This document shows, piece after piece, positions 19,258-27,782 of a DNA stretch of 64,000 bases. The translations under genes and the position numbers were made by a program. The first letter of the stretch is position 1. Every line of letters starts with the position of its first letter. Below the pieces are notes generated by a model, which ran no database searches, had not been told where the DNA came from, and saw nothing but the letters and a program-made list of their open reading frames with translations. Source of the stretch: Verrucomicrobiia bacterium (GTDB taxonomy: Bacteria; Verrucomicrobiota; Verrucomicrobiia; Limisphaerales; DASXHY01); the NCBI GenBank assembly GCA_036272195.1, contig DATAZE010000035.1, positions 72,923-136,922 of the forward strand, in the 5' to 3' direction.

Positions 19258-20037
19258 ATGGAAATTCCGTACACAACAGAGATTCGCCGGGACACCGGGC
19301 TTTATAACGCCAAAGTCGGCATCTGGCTTTTTCTTGCGTCTGAAGTGATGCTCTTCGGCGCGCTTTTCTCGAGCTATATCCTCCTGCGCGTTGGCGCGCC
19401 GGAAGGTTTTTGGCCGCACGGCTGGCTGACGGTTTGGTTGGGCACGCTCAATACCATCGTGCTGATCACCTCGTCCATCACCACGGTCATGGCCTGGGCG
19501 TCGCTCAAGATGGGCAACTTCGGCAAGTTCAAGATGTTTCATGCGATTACGCTCTGCTGCGCGCTCGCCTTTTTGTGCATCAAATCCTACGAATACCACG
19601 ACAAGTTCATTCACAACGAAATAACGTTGAAGGACGGGCGCATCGCAGACGGCCACGTGGTCAAGAAGACGGAAGAAGCTGTTACCATCGAAGGCCGGTT
19701 TGTGAAGGACCGCAAAGATCTCTTCAATTTGAGCACGCCGTTCCTGGGACCGCCCAAATACGAAGAAATCGAAATCAAGACGGCGGACATTGCAACCATG
19801 AGCAATTACGGCCCGGCGCATCATACGTATAACGCCATTTATTTCACATTGACCGGACTGCACGCGTTGCACGTCATAGGCGGCGCGCTCGTCATCTTTT
19901 ATCTGTGGGCCTTCGGCGGCAAAATGTGGAAGACGGATCCGGAACGGTTTACCAACCGCGTCGAAATTTCCGGGCTGTTCTGGCACTTCGTCGACCTCGT
20001 TTGGATTTTCCTGTTCCCGGTTTTATACTTGTTATAA
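19258..20037 (+). CDS. ctaE: Cytochrome c oxidase subunit III, with an unusually long loop insertion
   Basis: MEIPYTTEIRRDTGLYNAKVGIWLFLASEVMLFGALFS ... YFTLTGLHALHVIGG ... WHFVDLVWIFLFPVLYL. The ATG at 19258 sits just after the ctaD stop. The track start at 19150 overlaps ctaD. Confidence 0.9.
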   Translation: MEIPYTTEIRRDTGLYNAKVGIWLFLASEVMLFGALFSSYILLRVGAPEGFWPHGWLTVWLGTLNTIVLITSSITTVMAWASLKMGNFGKFKMFHAITLCCALAFLCIKSYEYHDKFIHNEITLKDGRIADGHVVKKTEEAVTIEGRFVKDRKDLFNLSTPFLGPPKYEEIEIKTADIATMSNYGPAHHTYNAIYFTLTGLHALHVIGGALVIFYLWAFGGKMWKTDPERFTNRVEISGLFWHFVDLVWIFLFPVLYLL

Positions 20038-20040
20038 TTT

Positions 20041-20388
20041 ATGAGCGACTCCAAAGCCCAATCTCAAGCGCACGCCCAGCCGCATGACGATCATATTGCG
20101 CACCACGTGCGCCGTTACCTGTATGTCTTCGTGGCGCTCATCCTCGGCACGATTTTGACGGTGTGGGCCTCTTACATTCATTTTCCCAGCCGCGAAATCA
20201 ACATTGCCGTCGCGCTTCTCATCGCGAGCTGCAAGGCCTTCCTCGTGGCCGGTTATTTCATGCACTTGATTTCCGAGCGTAAAATGATTTATGGCGTGCT
20301 CGGGTTCACGGCATTTTTCTTTGCCGGGCTTATGACGCTGACGCTCTGGTCGTTCGCTGATTTCCCGCCGCACACGATTACGCACTGA
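20041..20388 (+). CDS. Cytochrome c oxidase subunit IV (prokaryotic COX4-type)
   Basis: 115 aa with 3 TM segments. HHVRRYLYVFVALILGTILTVWAS is typical. Located immediately after ctaE. Confidence 0.7.
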   Translation: MSDSKAQSQAHAQPHDDHIAHHVRRYLYVFVALILGTILTVWASYIHFPSREINIAVALLIASCKAFLVAGYFMHLISERKMIYGVLGFTAFFFAGLMTLTLWSFADFPPHTITH

Positions 20389-20393
20389 TTAAA

Positions 20394-20588
20394 ATGTCGC
20401 TGAAAGCCTTCCATCTCGTTTTCATCATGGTATCCATCGCCCTGGCGTTTGGTTTCGGCGTATGGCTGGCCATCCAGGGCGGCCTGTGGAACGTGATTTT
20501 TGCGATTGGCTCATTCGGCGGGGGAGTGGGATTGATTTTCTACGAGCGCTATTTTCTGAAGAAAACTAAAAACGTGAGCTATTTATGA
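20394..20588 (+). CDS. Small two-TM membrane protein in the oxidase cluster
   Basis: 64 aa with two hydrophobic helices. Tightly packed between subunit IV and the next ORF (ATGA overlap at 20585-20588). Confidence 0.5.
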   Translation: MSLKAFHLVFIMVSIALAFGFGVWLAIQGGLWNVIFAIGSFGGGVGLIFYERYFLKKTKNVSYL

Positions 20589-20884
20589 GAAGTTCTCCAG
20601 GTTCCAAAAAATATCCAGGCTTCAAATTTGTTGGAGCTTTGGCAGCTTTCGTTTTATTGGCGCAACCCGCTTCTGTCCTGGCTTGCGCCGCCTGTTACGG
20701 CGCTTCGGATTCACCGATGGCCAAGGGAATGAACTGGGGCATTTTCAGCTTGATGGCAGTTGTTGGAATGGTCCTTGGCTGCATTGCCACATTTTTTGTT
20801 TTTATCGGGAAAAAATCCGCGGAGGCATCCAGTTTGCCGGAAGCGGATTCCCAAAAGAAGACTGAACCCACTGAAAAGATCTGA
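20585..20884 (+). CDS. Small secreted/membrane protein with CAACYG motif in the oxidase cluster
   Basis: 99 aa. Signal-like N-terminus, one TM (WGIFSLMAVVGMVLGCIATFFVFI), acidic tail. Start overlaps the previous stop. There is no CxxCH heme motif. Confidence 0.5.
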   Translation: MRSSPGSKKYPGFKFVGALAAFVLLAQPASVLACAACYGASDSPMAKGMNWGIFSLMAVVGMVLGCIATFFVFIGKKSAEASSLPEADSQKKTEPTEKI

Positions 20885-20886
20885 CT

Positions 20887-21681
20887 ATGGCGAATCTTTT
20901 TGAATCTCTGAGGCAGGGCACCGAAAAACTTCTCGGCATGCCGGTTCTCGCTTCGGAACACGGCCAGCAGGTGGACAACCTGATCATCTACGTCCATTGG
21001 CTGATGATGGCGCTCTTTGTCGGCTGGCTCGGCTATTTTGCCTACACGCTGTTTCGCTTTCATCGCAGCCGCAATCCCAAGGCCGACTACATCGGCGTCC
21101 GCAATCACGCTTCGAATTACATCGAAGTCGTCGTCGCGCTCGTCGAGGCGGTCATTTTGCTTTTCGTGGCAGTTCCGTTGTGGGCGAAGACGGTTGACAA
21201 GTTCCCGGCGGAGAAGGATTCCATCGTCGTTCAAGTTGTGGCACAACAATTCGCCTGGAACGTTCGTTATCCCGGCAAAGATGGCGAATTCGGCGCGCAG
21301 GACATGAAATTTGTCACCTCGGATAATTCGTTCGGCGTGGACCCGGCTGATCCGAAAGGGAAAGACGATATCGTGACGCTGAACGAAGTGCACGTGGTCA
21401 TCAACAAGCCGGTCATCATCCGTCTTTCGTCCAAGGACGTGATTCACTCCTTCAAGGTGATTGCCATGCGTGTGACGCAGGACGCCATTCCCGGCATGCG
21501 CATTCCGCTTCATTTCACGCCGACACGCGAGGGTCGCTATCAGATCAATTGCGCGCAATTGTGCGGGCAGGGTCATGCGAGCATGGCCAGTGGCTACATG
21601 GTCGTGCAGAGCCAGGAAGAATTCGACAAGTGGATCGCCGGCCAGACTCCGGCGGCGGCGGGCGGCGGCAGCTTTGAATAA
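20887..21681 (+). CDS. ctaC: Cytochrome c oxidase subunit II (CuA), no fused cytochrome c domain
   Basis: 264 aa. Two N-terminal TM helices. DVIHSF and the CuA motif CAQLCGQGHASM. No CxxCH anywhere in the protein. Confidence 0.9.
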   Translation: MANLFESLRQGTEKLLGMPVLASEHGQQVDNLIIYVHWLMMALFVGWLGYFAYTLFRFHRSRNPKADYIGVRNHASNYIEVVVALVEAVILLFVAVPLWAKTVDKFPAEKDSIVVQVVAQQFAWNVRYPGKDGEFGAQDMKFVTSDNSFGVDPADPKGKDDIVTLNEVHVVINKPVIIRLSSKDVIHSFKVIAMRVTQDAIPGMRIPLHFTPTREGRYQINCAQLCGQGHASMASGYMVVQSQEEFDKWIAGQTPAAAGGGSFE

Positions 21682-21708
21682 GTCCGCCTCAGCGGACGCG
21701 CTGATATT

Positions 21709-22353
21709 ATGAATCCGACTGTGCGAAGATTTCCTTGGACGGTCGGGATCGGTCTTCTGCTCCTTGTTCTGCTGGCTTCGTTTGCTTTGGTCTTCGCCAA
21801 GGCTGAGCGCCACAACTCGCTCCCCGTTTATGGGCAAGTGGCGGAGTTTTCCCTGACCAACCAGGATAGCGCCACCGTTTCCCTGGCAAACCTGCGTGGC
21901 AACGTGTGGATTGCCGACATCATTTTTACGCGCTGCCCCGGCCCGTGCCTGAGAATGACCCGCCAGATGAAGGAATTGCAGGATGCCCTGCCAAAAAAAG
22001 CCCAGACTAAACTGATTTCCCTCACCACCGATCCGGACTACGACACTCCGGCTATTTTGAAAACTTACGCCGAACGCGCCGGCTCGAACCTGAGCCGATG
22101 GACGTTCCTGACCGGAACAAAACTGCAAATCGCCGGTCTCGCGACCGGCAGCCTGAAACTTTCCGCCGTGGAAAAGAAGCTTGATGAACGTGCTACACCC
22201 GAGGACTTATGGGTACACAGCACGATTTTTGTGATCGTGGACAAGCACGCGCAATTGCGCGGGGTGTATCAAACAGGCGGCGAAGATGTGGATTGGACGG
22301 TGGAGAAGCAAAAAATTCTCGCCGCGGCCAGCGAACTGGAGCGCGAACCATGA
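21709..22353 (+). CDS. SCO1/SenC copper chaperone
   Basis: 214 aa. N-terminal TM and the thioredoxin-fold motif FTRCPGPCLRM. Confidence 0.85.
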   Translation: MNPTVRRFPWTVGIGLLLLVLLASFALVFAKAERHNSLPVYGQVAEFSLTNQDSATVSLANLRGNVWIADIIFTRCPGPCLRMTRQMKELQDALPKKAQTKLISLTTDPDYDTPAILKTYAERAGSNLSRWTFLTGTKLQIAGLATGSLKLSAVEKKLDERATPEDLWVHSTIFVIVDKHAQLRGVYQTGGEDVDWTVEKQKILAAASELEREP

Positions 22354-22781
22354 CGCTCCATGATTTGCCGGCGTGCAACGCCACGTTCAACGGCCTCGCG
22401 GGGGTATTTCTCAGTTTTGGGTTTTACTTCGTCAAACGCGGCAAGGTGATTGCGCATCGAAACTGCATGATAGCCGCGGTGTGCAGCTCATTGCTCTTCC
22501 TGACCGGCTATTTGATTTACCATTTCGGAGTCCATGGCATCACGATTTTTCGCGATCCTGCCTGGTTTCGGCCCATTTACCTGACAATCCTGTTCACGCA
22601 CCTGGTGTTGGCCATCACGATTGTGCCGATGATTATCATCACGTTAAGCCGCGCGTTGCGGCAGCGTTTCGACAAGCACAAAAAAATCGCGCGGTGGACG
22701 TGGCCCTTGTGGATGTATGTCTCAGTGACGGGGGTGCTGATTTATTTGCTGCTCTACCAGATTTTCCCGCAGCATCAATGA
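22350..22781 (+). CDS. DUF420-family membrane protein (commonly linked to oxidase clusters)
   Basis: MTLHDLPACNATFNGLAGVFLSFGFYFVKRGKVIAHRNCM... with 4 TM segments. ATGA overlap with the SCO1 stop. The track start at 22209 lies inside SCO1. Confidence 0.7.
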   Translation: MTLHDLPACNATFNGLAGVFLSFGFYFVKRGKVIAHRNCMIAAVCSSLLFLTGYLIYHFGVHGITIFRDPAWFRPIYLTILFTHLVLAITIVPMIIITLSRALRQRFDKHKKIARWTWPLWMYVSVTGVLIYLLLYQIFPQHQ

Positions 22782-22889
22782 ACGTGTCGGAAGCTGATTC
22801 AAGACGCTTCGCGAATCAGTTGCGTGATGGAAAGCGGTAGCGTCCTGGATTGCGGCGACCCTCCGCTGCTTTCTTCGGCGTGAGAAAGT

Positions 22890-23336
22890 TCACGGCAGCA
22901 GTTTGCCGACCAATCCGCTAACCGTCTTCCCATCCGCTCTTCCCGCTGCTTTTGCTTGAACCGCTTTGATGACTGGTCCCATGTCCTTTTTGCTCACGGC
23001 GCCGGTTTCAGCGATGGTCGCTTTGATCAATTGCTCCAGTTCCTCCGGAGAGAGCGCTTTCGGCAAAAAGGCTTCGAGGACGGGAATTTCCTTTTTCTCC
23101 TTCTCAGCGAGTTCCGGTCGGCCGCCTTTTTCGTATTGCTCAATGGCGTCGCGACGCTTCTTCACTTCTTTTTGTACAATACCTACGAAATCGGCGTCGG
23201 ACAGCGTCTCGGTCTTGCTTTCGACCAGCATGTAACCAATCACCGATTTCAGCAGGCGCAGAGTGGAAAGCCGGTCGGCATCCTTGGCGAGCATCGCGGA
23301 TTTGATTTCCTGGCTGAGACGTTCCTGGAGGGACAT
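22890..23336 (-). CDS. yqeY: GatB/YqeY domain protein
   Basis: 148 aa. MSLQERLSQEIKSAMLAKDADRLSTLRLLKS...DMGPVIKAVQAKAAGRADGKTVSGLV. Confidence 0.85.
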   Translation of the reverse strand: MSLQERLSQEIKSAMLAKDADRLSTLRLLKSVIGYMLVESKTETLSDADFVGIVQKEVKKRRDAIEQYEKGGRPELAEKEKKEIPVLEAFLPKALSPEELEQLIKATIAETGAVSKKDMGPVIKAVQAKAAGRADGKTVSGLVGKLLP

Positions 23337-23375
23337 AAAGGGTATGGGATGGCGAGTGACGGAATTGGGACCGTG

Positions 23376-24152
23376 TTACTCGCTGGTCTTTTCCTTCTCC
23401 GCTTTTAGATTCTTGAGCGCATCCCGAACTTTGGCTGCTTTTTCGTAATCCTCGCGCTGGACGGCGTCAGTCAAGGCCTGCTCCAACTTTTCCTGAGTTG
23501 AAAGCGGACGGTTGGCGCGGATTTCCGCAAGCCAGGTTTGCAACGAATAGAGTTCGCCGCTTTGCTCGCTCATTTCTCCCCGCGAATATTCGCGGTAAAA
23601 TTCTTTGATGTTCTCGATGCCCTCTTCGATTTGCGCGATAGCCACGGCATAATCCTTCGCTTCGAGCGACTGCGTGGCGCGGCCGCGGGTGAGAATCATC
23701 ATCAATTGCGGCTGAAACTGCCGGAGCGACCAGGCTAATTCCTCGGTTTCAGCGTGCTTGCCAACGAAATTGAACACTGCGAGATTGCGTTCGCCGTCGC
23801 GGACCACGCCGGCGTAATCCTCGAGTTGCAGCAGGCAGATATAGCGATGATGAAACTGGAGCGACTCGACTTGCAGTTTTGCGCAATCTTCAGCCGTCAG
23901 CTTGAATCCCTCGTCGGTTCCATTATTTGCGGCAAGATGTTTGTGAAGCTTTGCCTGGTAATAATCGAAAAGTGAATTATGGCCAAACGGGCGTTTGCCG
24001 TCCGGCCGGCCTTCAGCGTTCATTTGCAGCACGCCGAGATCTACACGCAGTTGGATTTTCTCCTTGCCGTCTTTGCCCTTGAATTTCCTGACGACAACCT
24101 GGCCCGGCTTGTATTGCCAGTGATCGAGAAGTGGCGAAATATCAAAGTCCAT
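23376..24152 (-). CDS. UvrB/UvrC-motif (UVR domain) containing protein
   Basis: C-terminal EKLEQALTDAVQREDYEKAAKVRDALKNLK is a UVR motif. The start at 24152 (MDFDISPLL...) is preferred because the longer track ORF (to 24245) would overlap the divergent gene start. Confidence 0.6.
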   Translation of the reverse strand: MDFDISPLLDHWQYKPGQVVVRKFKGKDGKEKIQLRVDLGVLQMNAEGRPDGKRPFGHNSLFDYYQAKLHKHLAANNGTDEGFKLTAEDCAKLQVESLQFHHRYICLLQLEDYAGVVRDGERNLAVFNFVGKHAETEELAWSLRQFQPQLMMILTRGRATQSLEAKDYAVAIAQIEEGIENIKEFYREYSRGEMSEQSGELYSLQTWLAEIRANRPLSTQEKLEQALTDAVQREDYEKAAKVRDALKNLKAEKEKTSE

Positions 24153-24228
24153 GAGGCGAATATGACCGCGAAGTGATGGCAAGTCAACGCACGCTTGTCT
24201 TGCGCTGATATTTCGGCGAAAACCAAGC

Positions 24229-25209
24229 ATGTCATTGCTGGTCAACGTCGCGATTCACCCGAGTCAATTCCCAAAAAAAGTCCGAGCGGACCTCGCCGAG
24301 TCATTGCGCGCACGCTCGGTAAATCACAAATTTCACTACGACAGCGTCAAGCAAACGCAAAAATGGCTGGCCCTGCACCAGGTACATTCGCCCTCGCGCA
24401 ACGATGCGGATTGCGCGGCGGTTTATGACGCCGGCTTTAACGCTGTCGCCGCGCGCATTCAATCGAAGGCGGTCCATGTCATCGGGCTGGGATGCGGCGG
24501 CGGACAAAAAGATACGCGACTGCTGCGCCTGCTGAAGGAGCGGGGAAAGGAGATATTTTACACGCCGTGCGACGTGAGCACCGCGATGGTGTTGACGGCG
24601 CGAGAAGCGGCGCTCGCCGTGGTGCCGCCCGAGCATTGTTTTCCCGTGGTATGCGATTTAGCCAGCGTGGACGATTTGCCCGAACTTTTCGCAATACGCA
24701 ATACGCAACACGCAACACGTCTCACGACCTTCTTCGGCATGATTCCTAATTTTGAGCCGGAAATGATTTTGCCGAAATTGGCATCACTCATCGGCGTGGG
24801 GGATGAGTTATTGTTCAGTGCGAATCTCGCGCCGGGAAATGATTATGCAGCGGGGGTCAAAAGAATTTTGCCGCAGTATGACAACCCGCTTACGCGCGAT
24901 TGGTTGCTGGCGTTTCTGTATGATCTCGGTGTTGAGCCGCGCGATGGCGAGTTGCGCTTCGCCGTTGAGGATGTGCAGGGCCTAAAGCGGATTGTGGCGC
25001 GGTTTTATTTCACGCATTCGCGCACGATTGCGCTGGACGAGGAGCGGTTTGAATTTCGCGCGGGCGAATCCATCCGGCTTTTCTTTTCCTATCGATACAC
25101 GCCAGAGCGAGCGCGCCAGGTTCTGGTGCAACATGGTTTGGAGGTGGTGGAACAATGGGTGACGCGATCTGAGGAGGAAGGGGTATTTCTTTGCCGGCGG
25201 AAGCACTGA
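24229..25209 (+). CDS. EgtD-like SAM-dependent methyltransferase (histidine-specific methyltransferase fold), divergent member
   Basis: 326 aa. VIGLGCGGGQKDTRLL (SAM-binding GxGxG), FFGMIPNFEPEMILPKL and YDNPLTRDWLLAFL resemble EgtD-family blocks. The assignment is by pattern only. Confidence 0.5.
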   Translation: MSLLVNVAIHPSQFPKKVRADLAESLRARSVNHKFHYDSVKQTQKWLALHQVHSPSRNDADCAAVYDAGFNAVAARIQSKAVHVIGLGCGGGQKDTRLLRLLKERGKEIFYTPCDVSTAMVLTAREAALAVVPPEHCFPVVCDLASVDDLPELFAIRNTQHATRLTTFFGMIPNFEPEMILPKLASLIGVGDELLFSANLAPGNDYAAGVKRILPQYDNPLTRDWLLAFLYDLGVEPRDGELRFAVEDVQGLKRIVARFYFTHSRTIALDEERFEFRAGESIRLFFSYRYTPERARQVLVQHGLEVVEQWVTRSEEEGVFLCRRKH

Positions 25210-25254
25210 TTCGTTACGCCGGCAAGATGCCCGCGGCGCGCTCCCACCTTTCGC

Positions 25255-26142
25255 TCAAAACACCTTCATCGTTTCCAGCACGGCTTTGATACGCGGGACT
25301 TCGTGCGTACGAAACAGGTCGGTTTTGCCGAGGGCGGCGAGCACCGCGAAGAAAGGTTCGGCACTACGAACTTCCTCACCGAAATATTCAAAAGCGTGGG
25401 GCAGGGCGTGGCAAACGGGAAAGCCCAGCGCGCGCAGGCGAAAGGTGTTGAGGAAAACCGTCATTTGATGCCGCACCCGCACGGCACTGTCCTGCAGGTT
25501 GCGGTAATAAAATCCGAGGCCGGGATCGAGGATGATTTTTTCCACGCCGTTGCGCTGGGCGATTTCAATTTGACGGGCAAAATAGTCGCGCATCATCCCG
25601 ATCGGATCCGCGCTGAAATCGAAATCGCCCACTTCGCGCACATTTTTTCCCTGCACATAGCAAATGATGACTGCGGCGTCATGGGCGGCTGCCATGCGGA
25701 ATAATTCATCAGATTGGTCCGTGCCGGTAAGGTTCAAAACGTTCGCGCCGGCGTCGAAGCAGGCGCGGGTCACTGCGGGTTGATAGGTTTCCACGGACAC
25801 CAGGATTTCCGCCGCGCGAAGATTCTCGATGACCGGCAGCAGTTTGCTGTTCTGGGCGGCATCATCTGCGCGCGCGGCCTGGGCGAGCGTGGATTCCGCG
25901 CCCAGGTCCACGATATCCGCGCCTTGATCGTGCAACACGCGCCCGCGCTGGATTGCACTGTCGGTCGTGAGGCACACGCTCTCGCGATACCAGGAATCGG
26001 CCGAGAGATTGATGACGCCCATGATCGCGGGGGCGGAATTGAAATCGAACGTCTTGCCGCCGATCGAGAATGTCTTCACGGGGACAGCTGCGGCGGCGCG
26101 ATTTTTTTCCACCAATTCGGCGAGTTGTTCGAGATTCAGCAC
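25255..26142 (-). CDS. folP: Dihydropteroate synthase
   Basis: 295 aa. IMGVINLSADSWY, GADIVDLGAEST, ILDPGLGF. Confidence 0.85.
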   Translation of the reverse strand: MLNLEQLAELVEKNRAAAAVPVKTFSIGGKTFDFNSAPAIMGVINLSADSWYRESVCLTTDSAIQRGRVLHDQGADIVDLGAESTLAQAARADDAAQNSKLLPVIENLRAAEILVSVETYQPAVTRACFDAGANVLNLTGTDQSDELFRMAAAHDAAVIICYVQGKNVREVGDFDFSADPIGMMRDYFARQIEIAQRNGVEKIILDPGLGFYYRNLQDSAVRVRHQMTVFLNTFRLRALGFPVCHALPHAFEYFGEEVRSAEPFFAVLAALGKTDLFRTHEVPRIKAVLETMKVF

Positions 26143-26186
26143 GGGACGGAATTGTAAATCGTAAACCGCGGCTCGTAAATGCGTGA

Positions 26187-26210
26187 AAAAGTTTCAAATT
26201 TCAAGTTCCC
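26187..26210. repeat. Short fragment of the CAAGTTCCAA-type repeat
   Basis: aaaagtttcaaatttcaagttccc resembles the left arm seen at 4104-4135 and 7206-7238. Confidence 0.35.
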
Positions 26211-26365
26211 TGCACTGTTGTCTTACAAACTACTGCCTTTGGCGGGGAGGGATTTTCGGCGGCTAAACGGGGTTGTCGCCCGATTGTTCCATTTTGCCCG
26301 CGTTCTATTCTTAAAAAACAGAATGAGACAACTAAAGTGAACCGGATGAAAAGCAACCAACCATC

Positions 26366-26686
26366 ATGAGGACGCTTCTAACCGATCCTTTTCCGCCACA
26401 ATTTACTAATGAAAAGACCTTTTCCGCGGACGCTGAACCGTCCCGCCGAGAGGTGGGAAAACTGGCGCGCACCTTTCCCCAGGCGGCGGCGTTAACTTCG
26501 GAGGGCGATTTATTGGAGGTGGGTGTGGGTGGAACAGTCATCGTCCCGCCGGGTGCGGCAGCCGCCGAAGAAACGGCTGCCGCGCTCGAGCATGGCGTGG
26601 CGGTTAGCGGAGGGCGGGATTTTCCGGCGGATGACCTTTCGTCGTTTTCACCCCGCGCAGAATGCGAATCCGTAAAAATCCCTTGA
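26366..26686 (+). CDS. Hypothetical protein (weakly supported)
   Basis: 106-aa Ala/Glu/Pro-rich ORF ending 4 nt before the first CgeB-like gene. No recognisable motif. It could be a GC-driven artefact. Confidence 0.25.
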   Translation: MRTLLTDPFPPQFTNEKTFSADAEPSRREVGKLARTFPQAAALTSEGDLLEVGVGGTVIVPPGAAAAEETAAALEHGVAVSGGRDFPADDLSSFSPRAECESVKIP

Positions 26687-26690
26687 GCGC

Positions 26691-27782
26691 ATGAGCCATC
26701 GCCTCAACATTTCGTTCTTCGGTTCAAGCTTGGTTTCGGCGTCTCAGAATCCCGCCGTGACTTATTACCGCGGCCTGATTCGCGCGCTGACCGACCGGGG
26801 GCATCGCATCACGTTTTACGAGCCGAAAATGGGCGAGGGCGCGAAGCGTGATACTCCGAATCCCACTGGGGCGCGGGTGGTGACCTATCCGGCCACGGAC
26901 GAAAGCGTGCTCGATGCGCTGGAACAAGCTGAGGAAAGCGATTTGATTGTCAAATGCAGCGGGGTGGGCGCGTTTGATGAGCTGCTGGAAGCGGCGGTAT
27001 TGGAGTTGAAAAAGCCGGAGACGTTGGTGGCCTTTCTGGACTCGCACGCGCCCGCGACACTTGAACGGCTTCGCAATGATCCGGAGGATTTATTTCATGT
27101 CCTTATTCGCGAGTATGATTTGATTTTTACACGCTGCGGCGGTGCGCCCGTCGTCGAGAGTTATCTCGCCGCCGGCGCCGCCGGTTGCGTGCCCCTCCCC
27201 GATGCGGTGGATCCCCAGGTGCATTTTCCCGCGCAATGTGAAACACGATTTGAGGCCGACCTCGCCTTGCTGTGCGACCGTAATCCGCACAAGGAAACTC
27301 GCGTGGAGGAATTTTTCTTCCGGCCGGCTGCACAAATGCCGGAGCGAAAATTCCTGATCGCGGGCGATGGCTGGCAGGGCAAGCCCATGCCGGCCAATGT
27401 AAATTATCCGGGCTCGCTCCGCGCCGACGAGCACAACGCATTCAATTCCACGCCGCGCGCCGTATTGAGCCTCAATCGCGGTTGTGCGACGCGCTATGGC
27501 TTTTCACCCACGGCCGGTGTGTTCGAAGCCGCGGGAGCCGGCGCCTGTCTGATCATGGACAAGTGGGAAGGCATTGAGCTTTTCCTGGAACCGGACCGTG
27601 AGGTGCTGGTGGCCGGCAACGGTGAAGAATTGGTGAGCCAACTGCGCGAACTCACACCAGAAAAAGCGCGTCAGATCGGCCATGCGGCTTATGCGCGCGT
27701 GCTGGCTGAACACACCTTCGCGCATCGGGCTGAGCAGATTGAAAAAGTGCTCGCGGGAAAAGAAGGGAGAGTAATCGCTTGA
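26691..27782 (+). CDS. CgeB-family glycosyltransferase-like protein (paralog 1)
   Basis: 363 aa. N-terminal LNISFFGSSLVS...YYRGLIRAL..GH.ITFYE. C-terminal FEAAGAGACLIMDKWEGIELFLEPDREVLVA...ARVLAEHTFAHRA, typical of the CgeB/DUF3880-type GT-B family. Confidence 0.65.
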   Translation: MSHRLNISFFGSSLVSASQNPAVTYYRGLIRALTDRGHRITFYEPKMGEGAKRDTPNPTGARVVTYPATDESVLDALEQAEESDLIVKCSGVGAFDELLEAAVLELKKPETLVAFLDSHAPATLERLRNDPEDLFHVLIREYDLIFTRCGGAPVVESYLAAGAAGCVPLPDAVDPQVHFPAQCETRFEADLALLCDRNPHKETRVEEFFFRPAAQMPERKFLIAGDGWQGKPMPANVNYPGSLRADEHNAFNSTPRAVLSLNRGCATRYGFSPTAGVFEAAGAGACLIMDKWEGIELFLEPDREVLVAGNGEELVSQLRELTPEKARQIGHAAYARVLAEHTFAHRAEQIEKVLAGKEGRVIA

